NCBI GenBank assembly: GCA_002269645.1
Contig: NIVC01000921.1
Coordinates: forward strand, 62,001 to 126,000
Reading direction: 5' to 3'
Length of the DNA stretch: 64,000 nt
Source of the DNA: Macrostomum lignano
Taxonomy: Eukaryota
The translations under genes and the position numbers were made by a program. This document shows, one piece after another, positions 47,728 to 60,036 of this stretch (positions are counted from its first letter, which is position 1; every line of letters starts with the position of its first letter). Under the pieces are notes generated by a model, which made no database searches, was not told the origin of the DNA, and saw nothing but the letters and a program-made list of their open reading frames with translations.

Positions 47728-50700
47728 CTGTCTGTCTGTGTGTCTGTCTGTCTGTCTGTCTGCTTTTGTTTGTCTAATTATCTTTTACTTCACTAAATTC
47801 TACCTGCACTCCATATTTAAAGGAATCCTGTCCCGTTGATTCGCGTGATATTTGTCTGAGTTCCTAAGCTTCATTATTAGTTGTTTCGTTTCCAAACGTG
47901 GCGTTCTTCCTGTGCAGGCGGTATAATTAGTTTTTCGCATAGAATGATGCTGAATTCTCCATTTTTTAATCAGAATTCGTATTTACTGATCTCTAAACGC
48001 GCGTATTTTTAGCCCAAGCTGTCATTGGCCTTCGTAACGGTAGGGCTGTGCGAACCAGCGCGCCAATTGCACTCTGTGTTGTTACCGTTTTCTGGATATA
48101 TTTTACTCTGCCCGCCCCTATACCTATCTGCTGTGTGGGCACTGTTTATATTATTATCCGAAATTTCCTAATCAGACTACTTTCCGCCAACTAATTAGTA
48201 GCGCTAAAGACATTTTTTTCAATTCTATCTTTAAAACTCTTAAAAAGCATAATTTCAGTAGCGGAAATGCACGACTGTCTTCAGTGTGTCTTAATTTGTT
48301 TTGTTAGAATGGACTAGTTGATTCAGTTTTTTTCTTTTTGCGATGCTTCTACTACTACTTACTACTACTATTACTATCGCGAGTAGTTAGCACAGGTTAA
48401 TTTGCTTAGGCTTAAGCTGCAACCGTTAAATTCTTGTTGTATTGCCAGTTATTATGTTAAATATGTTTTTGCACAGTTTATTTACTTGTCATGGTGTTGT
48501 TTGATGTCAGCAAATTTAAAAAGTTTGCATCTACTGGAAATACCACCCTGCTCCTATATTATTAGGTCGTATTTTGTCAAAATTGCTGCGTTACTATTAA
48601 TGTAACAAAATACTCCCATCTAATTAAATTACCATAAAAACGGAATCGCCCCTCAAAACTGCTATTTAGGAATCGCCCCTCAAAACTGCTATTTAGAAAT
48701 CGCCCCTCAAAACTGCCATTTAGGAATCGCCCCTCAAAACTGCCATTTAGGAACCACCCCCAACTGCCATTTAGGAATCGCCCCTCAAAACTGCCAATTA
48801 GGAATGTCCCCTCAAAACTGTCAATTAGGAATCGCCCCTCAAAACTGCCATTTAGGAACCACCCCCAACTGCCATTTAGGAATCGCCCCTCAAAACTGCC
48901 AATTAGGAATGTCCCCTCAAAACTGTCAATTAGGAATCGCCCCTCAAAACCGTCATTTAGGAATCGCCCCTCAAGACTGCCATTTAGAAATCGCCCCTCA
49001 AAACTGCCATTTAGGAATCGCCCCTCAAAACTGTCATTTAGGAATCTCCCCTAAAGCCCCCGGTGGCCTATTTTACGCTTGTATGTCAGCCTGCAAAAGT
49101 GGTCTGTTTGCGGAGATGAAGAAAGGCCCTCAAGTTAGCTCAATGAACTAATTACTTACATGCACATCCCCCGCCCCTCGCCCCTGCACTGTCAGAAGCG
49201 TCACCTGCTTGGCTTCAAATGCGAGAGTCGGGCAGCCGCCTCAGCTCTGTGGGCCTGGTCTCTCGAGCAGCAGATGTTCTATACGTGAGTTCCAGTTCTG
49301 CGGTTCATGACTGCTCAATCAGTGTCTTGCAAATAAGGGTTTTAAGGTTTTCACAAACTTGGGGTTGAGACTTGAGCAACGAAATCATGGGATTATAGTA
49401 GCATTGGGTGAGATTTGAGCAAAATGGGATGAGATTTGAGAAATTTGTGCGTGAGATTTGAGCAATTTGTGAGTGAGAATTGAACAATCTGTGTGTGAGA
49501 TTTGAGCAACATGGGATGAGATTTGAGCAACATGGGATGAGTTTAAGCAATTTGGTGAGATTTGAGCAACATGGGATGAGGTTTGAGCAACTGGGATGAG
49601 ATTTGAGCAATATCGGATGAGATTCAAGTAATTTGTGAGTGAGATTTGAGCAATTTGTGGGTGAGATTTGAGCAGCATGGGATGAGATTTGAGCAATTTG
49701 TGAGTGAGAATTGAGAAATTTGTAAGTGAGATTTGAGCAACATGGGATGAGATTTGAGCAATATGGGATGAGATTCAAGCAATTTGTGAGTGAGATTTGA
49801 GCAATTTGTGGGTGAGATTTGAGCAACATGGGATGAGATTTGAGCAATATGGGATGAGATTTGAGCAATTTGTAAGTGAGATTTGAGCAATTTGTAAGTG
49901 AGATTTGAGCAACATGGGATGAGGTTTGAGCAACATGGGATGAGATTTGAGCAATATGGGATGAGATTTGAGCAATTTGTAAGTGAGATTTGAGCAATTT
50001 GTAAGTGAGATTTGAGCAACATGGGATGAGGTTTGAGCAACATGGGATGAGGTTTGAGCAGCATGGGATGAGATTTGAGCAATATGGGATGAGATTTGAG
50101 CAATTTGTAAGTGAGATTTGAGCAATTTGTGGGTGAGATTTGAGCAATTTTTGGGTGAGATTTGAGCAATTTGTGGGTGAGATATGAGCAATTTGTGGGT
50201 GAGATTTGAGCAATTTTTGGGTGAGATTTGAGCAATTTGTGGGTGAGATATGAGCAATTTGTGGGTGAGGTTTGAGCAATTTTCGGGTGAGATTTGAGCA
50301 ATTTGTGGGTGAAATTTGAGAAATTTGTGAATGAGGTTTGAGCAACTTGTGAGAGTGATTTGAGCAACTTGTGAGTGAACTTTGAGCAATAGCATATAGC
50401 AATGCAAAAAATTATTGCTGTCATTTTCTCAGGCTTAACAAAGGCACGGAGGCCCGCGTAATGAAAGCCAAGGCCGGCTTGTTCAAGCAACGGCACAGCA
50501 GCTTCCGGTTCAGGTAAGAGAGAGATTATTTATGCTTTATTGGCATATCTGTACTGGTAATCCTGCCCGTTGAAAACGATACCGTGACAAAGAATTGCTA
50601 AGTTGTTGCAAACAGCTCACTAGTGACTCTAGCGACTATGGGCGACTCTTGTGACTTTTTAACGACTCAAAACGCGTCTAATGCGACGGAGAGGTGACTG

Positions 50701-53700
50701 TTGCGACGCAAGCGCGTCACGCGAGTTATAGAATTGTGAAAGAGTCGCGATAGAGTTGTCCAAGAGTCTGTGCGTTGGCGCTTAACTTTTGCTAGAGAAA
50801 TGTTATGAGAATGTTATAGAGAAATATGAGAAATGCCTATGGTACAATGTCATTGATACACAATAGTCTATGGCCCCACACCCAGCCCTCACTCTCAAAG
50901 TGTAGCTCATTAAAAATGTCTATGGTACAATGTTATTGACACAATAGTCTATGGCCCCACACCCAGCCCTCACCCTCAAAGTGAGGCTTAGACAAAATGT
51001 CTATGGTACAATGTCATTGATACACAATAGTCTATGGCCCCACACCCAGCCCTCACTCTCAAAGTGTAGCTCATTAAAAATGTCTATGGTACAATGTTAT
51101 TGACACAATAGTCTATGGCCCCACACCCAGCCCTCACCCTCAAAGTGAGGCTTAGACAAAATGTCTATGGTACAATGTCATTGATACACAATAGTCTATG
51201 GCCCCACACCCAGCCCTCACCCTCAAAGTGAGGCTTAGACAAAATGTCTATGGTACAATGTCATTGATACACAATAGTCTATGGCCCCACACCCAGCCCT
51301 CACCCTCAAAGTGAGGCTTAGACAAAATGTCTATGGTACAATGTCATTGATACACAATAGTCTATGGCCCCACACCCAGCCCTCACCCTCAAAGTGAGGC
51401 TTAGACAAAATGTCTATGGTACAATGTCATTGATACACAATAGTCTATGGCCCCACACCCAGCCCTCACCCTCAAAGTGAGGCTTAGACAAAATGTCTAT
51501 GGTACAATGTCATTGATACACAATAGTCTATGGCCCCACACCCAGCCCTCACCCTCAAAGTGAGGCTTAGACAAAATGTCTATGGTACAATGCCATTGAT
51601 ACACAATAGTCTATGGCCCCACACCCAGCCCTCACTCTCAAAGTGTAGCTTAGACAAAATGTCTATGGTACAATGTCATTGATACACAATAGTCTATGGC
51701 CCCACACCCAGCCCTCACCCTCAAAGTGAGGCTTAGACAAAATGTCTATGGTACAATGTCATTGATACACAATAGTCTATGGCCCCACACCCAGCCCTCA
51801 CTCTCAAAGTGTAGCTTAGACAAAATGTCTATGGTACAATGTCATTGATACACAATAGTCTATGGCCCCACACCCAGCCCTCACCCTCAAAGTGAGGCTT
51901 AGACAAAATGTCTATGGTACAATGTCATTGATACACAATAGTCTATGGCCCCACACCCAGCCCTCACTCTCAAAGTGTAGCTTAGACAAAATGTCTATGG
52001 TACAATGTCATTGATACACAATAGTCTATGGCCCCACACCCAGCCCTCACTCTCAAAGTGTAGCTTAGACAAATGTCTATGGTACTCAAATACGACTCTA
52101 CGCGAGCCAGAATCGTCATACCGTCGCACTAGAGCCACTTGCGTCGCTTCATAGTTGTTTCAGAGTCGCAGACAATAAAACGCTTCAAATTGAGTCTTAC
52201 TCGTCAACGACTTTTCGACGATTTTTGCCGTGCCATCTCGTAGTTCTCAGAGTCTTCTAGAGTCACTTCTTTCCTCTGTTTTTCAGCGGCCGCTCACAGA
52301 AGGAGCTGCTAAGCAACAGTGACTACTTTCTGAACATCAACCACACCGCGCCAGGCTTTGTTCGGTAAGGAACCAGCCAGATTTTAGATTTACGTGTATT
52401 TATCAAGCTACCTAACCCGTGCCGTTGTTCGATTTCAGTGTTGTGCATTATTATCTATAATCTATCCAAATAATAGATGTTTTACAATGTTTTCATTATT
52501 TGCTAGTTGCTGTCTGTTGAACTCTTAATAGTGCTAGTCTTATGCTGCAATGACTTTTCTCATCTTGCCTATCTCTTCCCAGTTTCCCCATTGCTTCCCA
52601 TCTTCCTCATTTCTTCCCATCCCCATTTCTTCCCATTTTCCCCATGATGTCCCATTTTCCCCATTTCTTCTCATCTTCCCCATTGTTTCCCATCTTCCCC
52701 ATTTCTTCTCATCTTCCCCATTGTTTCCAATCTTCCCCATTGTTTCCCATCTTCCCCATTTCTTCCCATCTTCCCCATTTCTTCCCATCTTCCCCATTTC
52801 TTCCCATTTTCCCCATGATGTCCCATCTTCCCCATTTCTTCTCATCTTCCCCATTGTTTCTCATCTTCCCCATTTCTTCCCATCTTCCCCAATGGTGTCC
52901 CATCTTCCCCATTTCTTCCCATCTTCCCCATTTCTTCCCATCTTCCCCATTTCTTCTCATCTTCCCCATTGTTTCCCATCTTCCCCATTGCTTCCCATCT
53001 TCCCCATTTCTTCCCATTTTCCCCATTGTTTCCCATCTTCCCCATTGTTTCCCATCTTCCCCATTGTTTCCCATCTTCCCCATTTCTTCCCATTTTCCCC
53101 AATGGTGTCCCATCTTCCCCATTTCTTCCCATCTTCCCCATTTCTTCCCATCTTCCCCATTTCTTCCCATCTTCCCCATTTCTTCCCATCTTCCCCATTT
53201 CTTCCCATCTTCCCCGTTTCTTCCCATTTTCCCCAATGGTGTCCCATCTTCCCCATTTCTTCCCATCTTCCCCATTTCTTCCCATCTTCCCCGTTTCTTC
53301 CCATTTTCCCCAATGGTGTCCCATCTTCCCCATTTCTTCTCATCTTCCCCATTGTTTCCCATCTTCCCCGTTTCTTCCCATTTTCCCCAATGGTGTCCCA
53401 TCTTCCCATTTCTTCTCATCTTCCCCATTGTTTCCCATCTTCCCCGTTTCTTCCCATTTTCCCCAATGGTGTCCTATCTTCCCATTTCTTCTCATCTTCC
53501 CCATTGTTTCCCATCTTCCCCATTTCTTCCCATCTTCCCCATTTCTTCCCATCTTCCCCATTTCTTCCCATTTTCCCCAATGGTGTCCCATCTTCCCCAT
53601 TGCTTTCCATCTTCCTCATATCTTCCCCATATCTTCCCATTTTCCCATTTTTTCATCACCGCCCTCCCCAAATTTCCTCCATCCCTAAACCTTCACCCCT

Positions 53701-56064
53701 CCCAGTCTCCGATCCCGCCAGAGAGCTCCGCCCTAACCCGCATGCCGCCGCCCGCCTCTTTGCCGCACGCGTAGACTGCAGCGCGCCCAAAGTTCGCGCA
53801 ATTCTCCCAGAATTCGCCGCCTTCGCTCGGTGCGCTCGCCCTCGCTAAGCGACGGCAGCGATGGCGAAGAGTTTTCCAGTCTCAGGTAAAAGGCAATCAA
53901 TCAATCAATACGGAGAGATACCAATTAGACCGAAAACTGGGTATACTTAAATTAGCGCTAACACATTAACAATCATATAATGCTCAAAATGAAAACCTAT
54001 GCGACATTCAGATTGACCGTTTGTTTAGTTAGACTTTTTCATTTGTGATAACTTCCGGCGCTTAACATCTAAAACTATAATATTAGGTGTGCTTACTTAG
54101 TGAACTATTTTCAGATGCTAACTGTTCACATATTTAATAACTGCGTATATTGTATAAAAATAGGTTATTAATTTATTGATCAATTCTTCTATTTAATTGA
54201 CAATTAATATTTATTTTGTAATTTTGAGTCTCCAACTATTAGGTTTCACTAGAGAAAATTGATTTCTATCATCTTTAATAACCTTAGCTGGACTTTCTTG
54301 CCAATAGAATGTACATCTGACAGTTCATGGAATGTACATCTGACTGTTCATGGAATGTACATTTGACTGTATGTACATCTGACTGTTTATAAAATGTACA
54401 TCTGACTGTTCATGCAATGTACGTTTGATTATTCATAAAATGTACATCTGAATTTCACAGATGTACATCTGACTGTTCATGGGATGTACATTTGGATGCA
54501 AATTAAAATTTGAAAACAACTTCTGTTCTGTTCAAGTTTTCTCTCCGCTATAAATTTCGTACCTAATGAAAATATACTATGATCGTATTTTAATGACCGA
54601 GATCACAGAAGCAGCTAGCAAATTATCTCATATTTAATATTGTTTTTATTCGTGTACTAATATAATAGTATTGATAATTACGCTAGGCGCGCAAATTGGT
54701 TTTAAAATCTGTTGAGGCGATAATTGCATCAGATAAGAGCGCACGGGCTTTTGTGTTTGATAGGAAAACCGCCGACCCCCTTTCCCCCTCCGCCCGGGCA
54801 GCCACAGCCGCCGGGAGCAGGCCCAGGCTGACGGTCGCGGGCAGACCGACTCGCGCTATGCCACTTTTCCTCGGCGCTCGAAACCCGACGGCGCCGGCGA
54901 CGCCTCGACGTCGACGCCGCGACGAACTCCGCTAGACGACGGAGCTGTTGGAGGTGCCGCTGCCGCCTCCGGCGATGACAGCGTCGTCCTGGTGCACGAT
55001 ATCGACCGGGTGTCGCGCGGCGGCGATCTGGAGAGCGGCATCGAGAACACCATCGCCGAGGAAGCCGAGGCTGAGGCCGAAGCCGAAGCTGCAGCTGCTG
55101 AAGATGTGTTCAGGGATAAGGATGTGAGAATACACTAGGGAATTGGCGACGGAGATTGTGGGATGGGGCGGAGATTGTGGGATGGGGCGGAGATTGTGGG
55201 ATGAGGCGGAGATTGGAGGATGGGGGCGGAGGTCGTGAGATGGGAGCGGAGATGGGCGGATGGGAGCGGAGATTGGGGGATGGGGGCGGAGGTCGTGAGA
55301 TGGGAGCGGAGATTGGCGGATGGGAGCGGAGATTGGGGGATGGGAGCGGAGATGGGCGGATGGGAGCGGAGATTGGGGGATGCGGCGGAGATTGGGGGAT
55401 GGGAGGCTTTGGGATGGGGCGGAGATTAGGGGATGGGAGGTTTTGGGATGGGGCGGAGATTGGGGGATGGGAGGTTTTGGGATGGGGCGGAGATTGGGCG
55501 GATGGGGGCGGAGATTGGCGGATGGGAGCGGAGATTGTAGGATGGGGCGGAGATCGGGGGATGTGGGCGGTTACAGGACAGCAAAGCAACGCTTATCCAT
55601 CATCCGATATGTTGCGATTTCCCATTTCCTGCCCCCAGGTGGACAGCGGCGTAGCCGAGGAGACAATCGTGTCCACAGCCGCAGCCGCCGCGGTCCTCCC
55701 CAACAATCACGACGGCGAGGCGGACGAAGCGTTCAGCGAGCTGGACAAGGTGCTTGACCAGGTGGACGGCCAAGCGCAGGCCGGCGGTGACAAACCCGAC
55801 CGGCTGGCGGACAAAACGGCGGTACAGCGGCCGCCATCTCGGTCCCGGTGCCCGCGCCTGCGCGCCCTCTTCCTGCTGAGCATCGGCTTCTCCCTGCTGG
55901 CCGTGCTGGGCGCAGTGGTTCTGTTCGAGCTCGGCGAGCCGCCGGAGCCGCTGCGCTGGTTGCGCAGCCATCCCGTTGCGCACGACGTGCACGAGCGCTT
56001 CTACGCGCCTGCTAGGACGCGCCTGATGGAAATTGGCGCCTCGGCTGTCGCGAGGCTGCGCTAA
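39664..56064 (+). CDS. FRMD5: FERM domain-containing protein 3/5-like (FERM + FA + C-terminal TM), 631 aa, 15 exons
   Basis: join(39664-39783,39957-40064,40861-40903,40992-41073,41154-41254,43053-43179,44076-44163,44535-44623,45181-45247,49196-49284,50433-50513,52287-52364,53811-53885,54802-55123,55639-56064) = 1896 nt, phase-consistent. Motifs: [65 protein letters not shown], and a FRMD3/5-type tail [20 protein letters not shown]. The acceptors of exons 13 and 14 are the least certain; FRMD3 versus FRMD5 cannot be resolved. Confidence 0.88.
40093..40815. repeat. 28-bp minisatellite, about 26 copies, FRMD intron 2
   Basis: Unit ctcccagatcctcagtt(tcta/gctg)ggccagc. Confidence 0.96.
41355..42985. 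repeat. 37-bp minisatellite, about 42 copies, FRMD intron 5, with a nested 31-bp repeat
   Basis: Unit attgtgtatttgagcagttgggaat(g/a)ctatagct(g/t)ac; foreign unit at 41980-42060. Confidence 0.96.
43230..44012. repeat. 31-bp minisatellite, about 25 copies, FRMD intron 6
   Basis: Unit gaaactgagccagtgtctgaaatctccccct. Confidence 0.96.
44665..45070. repeat. (GATT)n-rich degenerate repeat, FRMD intron 8
   Basis: ttagtttgattgattgat blocks. Confidence 0.85.
46038..46452. repeat. 83-bp minisatellite, about 5 copies, FRMD intron 9
   Basis: Unit ccccacacccaaccctcactctcaaagtgtagctcattaaaaatgtctatggtacaatgtcattgatacacaatagtctatgg. Confidence 0.95.
47278..47762. repeat. gtattag(t/g)gtct repeat followed by a (GTCT)n microsatellite
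   Basis: Directly visible; switch point at about 47480. Confidence 0.92.
48643..49050. repeat. 27-bp minisatellite, about 15 copies, FRMD intron 9
   Basis: Unit aatcgcccctcaaaactgccatttagg. Confidence 0.94.
49405..50392. repeat. 21/22-bp minisatellite, about 45 copies, FRMD intron 10
   Basis: Units gagatttgagcaatttgtgggt and gagatttgagcaacatgggat. Confidence 0.95.
50622..52267. mobile_element. Fold-back element split by the 83-bp array (FRMD intron 11)
   Basis: Nested inverted pairs: agtgactctag 50622 / ctagagtcact 52257; gcgacgcaag 50703 / cttgcgtcgc about 52138; agagtcg 50741 / cgactct 52093. Confidence 0.5.
50835..52085. repeat. 83-bp minisatellite, about 15 copies, same family as 46038-46452
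   Basis: Same unit and orientation, with diagnostic variants (gaggcttagac). Confidence 0.96.
52550..53650. repeat. Pyrimidine-rich cccatcttccccatttctt repeat, FRMD intron 12
   Basis: About 19-bp unit with ttccccaatggtgt variants. Confidence 0.94.
54308..54492. repeat. About 23-bp repeat (tgtacatctgactgttcatggaa), FRMD intron 13
   Basis: About 7 degenerate copies. Confidence 0.85.
55150..55565. repeat. G-rich gggatggggcggagattg repeat, FRMD intron 14 (G-quadruplex-prone)
   Basis: Dense GGG(G) runs with short loops. Confidence 0.9.
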
Positions 56065-56225
56065 ACTAATTTGTGGGCGATTCTGAGCTCAGATTGGTGG
56101 GGAATAACTTCGCAACTTTTTGGGATCAAAAGTACTGTGGATAGAACTATAACGTGTGAATATGATTCTTCGTGTTTCAAAAATAATATAAAAAGGAAAA
56201 ATGTGAAAAAAAGGCTATAGTGAGT

Positions 56226-56870
56226 CTCCGTCCCCTAAACCTCCGCCCCTAAACCTCCGCCCTTAAACCTCCACCCCTAAACCTCCGCCCTTAAACCTCC
56301 GCCCTTAAACCTCCGCCCTTAAACCTCCGCCCCTAAACCTCCGCCCTTAAACCTCCGCCCTTAAACCTCCACCCTTAAACCTCCGCCCTTAAACCTCCGC
56401 CCTTAAACCTCCGCCCTTAAACCTCCGCCCTTAAACCTCCGCCCTTAAACCTCCGCCCTTAAACCTCCGCCCTTAAACCTCCGCCCTTAAACCTCCGCCC
56501 TTAAACCTCCGCCCTTAAACCTCCGCCCCTAAACCTCCGCCCTTAAACCTCCGCCCTTAAACCTCCGCCCTTAAAGCTCCGCCCTTAAACCTCCACCCCT
56601 AAACCTCCGCCCTTAAACCTCCGCCCTTAAACCTCCGCCCCTAAATTCCGCCCTAAAACCTCCGCCCCTAAACCTCCGCCCTTAAACCTCCGCCCTTAAA
56701 CCTCCGCCCCTAAACATCTGCCCTTAAACCTCCGCCCTTAAACCTCCGCCCCTAAACATCTGCCCTTAAACCTCCGCCCTTAAACCTCCGCCCTTAAAGC
56801 TCCACCCGTCAACCTCCATCCTCAAACTTCCGCCCTTAAACCTCCGCCCTTAAACCTCCGCCCCTAAACC
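56226..56870. repeat. 14-bp minisatellite, about 45 copies, downstream of the FRMD stop
   Basis: Unit aaacctccgccc(t/c)t. Confidence 0.96.
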
Positions 56871-57560
56871 TTAAATTACTTTAAATTCGGTAGATGATGG
56901 ACAGTCAGCATCGCACAGACATATTTGCGTTTCCCTCTATACCCAGTTCCAGTTCTGTTAGTTCTGTTTTTTCTAAGCTGTGTAATTTCCCGCTGATACA
57001 TTGTTGTGTATTTCACGTGACACTAATATCTATATTTATATATAAATATAGTTTTTTGAGCACCGTTCTTCGTGATTCATTCTATATTCATGTGTACTGA
57101 GCCCTGCACCTCCGGATTAACTTTTTCAACGCTTATTCCAGACCGAACATTGTCAAGCTTTACGGAACAAATCAATGGATTCTTTTTTAAATGTTGACCG
57201 ACATTGTTTCTTTTACTTTGTGCTTATTTATATCGAATGCTTGAGTTATGTTGTGTTCGCGCATTCCCTATAGTTGCTGTTGATTTGATTTTGTGTCGCA
57301 TGCCTCCGCTAGCTGTCTATGGTCAAAAGTGGTGCAGTAACTAAGAGCAGATATTTTAAATTTACCTAGGTCTCCGAGACCCCGAATAACCCCGGGGGTT
57401 AGGGCCACAGACACCAGCTGCTTCTGCTAATGCTTGACAGCAGCAGGAGCTATAGTCTATGGTCAAAACCCTGGGGTTTTCACGCTGCGGCCAGGCGGCT
57501 GGACTATAACGTTTGACCATAGTCATATTCGCTGTCTATGGTCAAAAGCTACGCAGTTCG

Positions 57561-57594
<34 letters not shown>

Positions 57595-58787
57595 ATAAGC
57601 AGCTCAGAAGTAACACTCCCAACACTCCCTTGATAACCCTCGTATTTATTCAAGTACTGTTTCCACCTTGACTCTCTTATATCAATGTTGTTGACTTTGA
57701 CGTTTTGTTCACCTTAGCCTAGCCTTTAATGTTAGCAGACTAATAGTGGGTATATAGAGAGATCTCCTTGGCTAATTATCTATGACCACAAAACTGCTGG
57801 TTGGCCTTCTAGCGCACTCCTGATGCTAATTCAACACCTGTTGGCTAATAAAACAAGATCGTTATAGAAATTATTTACCGCTTTTTTAAACCTAATTTTT
57901 GTGATTTTTTCACCCACACGCTCAGGCAGTGTGTGACCAAAAATGAGATCTAATGGTATATGCAAGGTAGATTAGTTGTGTACTTTTTATTAATAGATTT
58001 TTCTTTTGTCCTTTGTTGTGTCCAATTCAAAAATATAAGAATATCTGTCATATTTCATTTATTTATTTCAATTTTTATACATTATAGATGTTGTCTCTCT
58101 ATTTTGCGTTTCGCTATCAGTCTTTGTGCGTGTGCGAAACATATGCAGCTAATTGGGTTCTCGCTCGGCTTTAAACAGTCTTTATCTCTGCGAAGCGACT
58201 GTGTGTTTTTCCTACAAAGATACCTGCACGTGAGGCTGACCCAGTCCTCAAATCATATACTAGTATGCTGTTCCTAACACACTACTGTTGTTAGTAGCTT
58301 TTCCTGTATGTTCACTGCCGCCGCCATTTTTTAGTTTTTTTATTATATTTCTGTCTGTCTGTCTCTGTCTGTCTGTCTGTACGTCTTTTATTATTTAATA
58401 ATTTGTGACATCTGGAGTCTGTAATAGTAAGTGTTTACTCTAGTATGAATAGTGCTTAGCTTGAATATTTGAAATTTGAGCAGAGTTGAAATTCAATATT
58501 GAAATCGATGCTCCGCTCGATCAGCCTGATTCGTCAATCATTTTATTGTAACTGTGCCGCATATAGCTAACAAAAATATATATTCCAGCTGGTGTTTCTT
58601 GCGCGAACTAAAAAATTTAATTTGCCATCGCTTTGTCTCACTGCTTTATAAATAAATACATATACTTATACTATACTGTTTAATGTTCTCTGTCAGCTCT
58701 CTTGCGGCATACCGCTGTCCAGTCCAAGCCTGGGTTATTTGCCTAAACAGTGCGCTTGAATATTAGCTGTTTTTTCATGTCCACTGT

Positions 58788-59772
58788 CAAGCTCAGTTGA
58801 GGATAGAAAGCAGCTCAGGTGAGCATAGAAAGCAGCTCAGTTGAGAATAGAAAGCAGCTCAGTTGAGATTAGAAAACAGCTCAGTTGAGAATAGAAAACA
58901 GCTCAGTTGAGAATAGAAAACAGCTCAGTTGAGAATAGAAAACAGCTCAGTTGAGAATAGAAAACAGCTCAGTTGAGAATAGAAAGCAGCTCAGGTGAGA
59001 ATAGAAAACAGCTCAGTTGAGAATAGAAAACAGTTCAGTTGAGATTAGAAAACAGCTCAGTTGAGAATAGAAAACAGTTCAGTTGAGAATAGAAAACAGC
59101 TCAGTTGAGAATAGAAAACAGTTCAGGTGAGATTAGAAAACAGCTCAGTTGAGAATAGAAAACAGTTCAGGTGAGAATAGAAAGCAGCTCAGTTGAGAAT
59201 AGAAAACAGTTCAGGTGAGAATAGAAAGCAGCTCAGTTGAGATTAGAAAACAGTTCAGGTGAGGATAGAAAACAGTTCAGTTGAGAATAGAAAGCAGCTC
59301 AGGTGAGAATAGAAAGCAGTTCAGGTGAGGATAGAAAACAGTTCAGGTGAGAATAGAAAGCAGCTCAGTTGAGAATAGAAAGCAGCTCAGGTGAGGATAG
59401 AAAGCAGCTCAGGTGAGGATAGAAAGCAGTTCAGTTGAGATTAGAAAGCAGTTCAGGTGAGGATAGAAAACAGTTCAGGTGAGAATAGAAAGCAGCTCAG
59501 TTGAGAATAGAAAGCAGCTCAGGTGAGGATAGAAAGCAGTTCAGGTGAGGATAGAAAGCAGCTTAGGTGAGGATAGAAAGCAGTTCAGGTGAGGATAGAA
59601 AACAGTTCAGTTGAGAATAGAAAGCAGCTCAGTTGAGAATAGAAAACAGTTCAGGTGAGAATAGAAAGCAGCTCAGTTGAGATTAGAAAGCAGTTCAGGT
59701 GAGGATAGAAAACAGTTCAGTTAAGAATAGAAAGCAGCTCAGGTGAGGATAGAAAACAGCTCAGGTGAGGAT
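58788..59772. repeat. 22-bp minisatellite, about 45 copies
   Basis: Unit gagaatagaaa(a/g)cag(c/t)tcag(t/g)t. Confidence 0.96.
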
Positions 59773-59804
59773 AGAACTTGGCAATTCTTGAATCCGGCTC
59801 TCAC

Positions 59805-60036
59805 CGTGTTTTTCTCATTAAAGTCACGATGATGCGCGCGACAAAAGAATCGTGACAATTATTTAATAGTCGCTGATGACTCACGTGTTCATCCAGAAAA
59901 GTCCGCTCCGCACGACCTGAGCTTTCGGAATTGACGCGAGTTGTTTTGGTTGATGAAGCGTCAGCTTTGAAGAAAACAAACTCTGCATTTTGTGTCCAGA
60001 GCAATAAAACTGAAAGCATTAGAATTTTCTTTTGCA
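59805..60036 (-). other. Candidate orphan coding exon
   Basis: Acceptor ttcctctccacacag|, 232 nt open in phase 1 to 2 (QKKILMLSVLLLW...VTLMRKT), then donor cg|gtgag about 30 nt before the 22-bp array. No family recognised. Confidence 0.25.

Noticed and set aside
49305-55757. Repeat-derived ORFs (CSNL/LKSH, FPIFP/GKMG, GAEIGG)
   Set aside because: They lie inside FRMD introns 10, 12 and 14 and simply translate the arrays.
56226-56870. 14-bp array as telomeric or interstitial telomere repeat
   Set aside because: The unit (ttaagggcggaggt on the minus strand) is not TTAGGG and has a 14-bp period.
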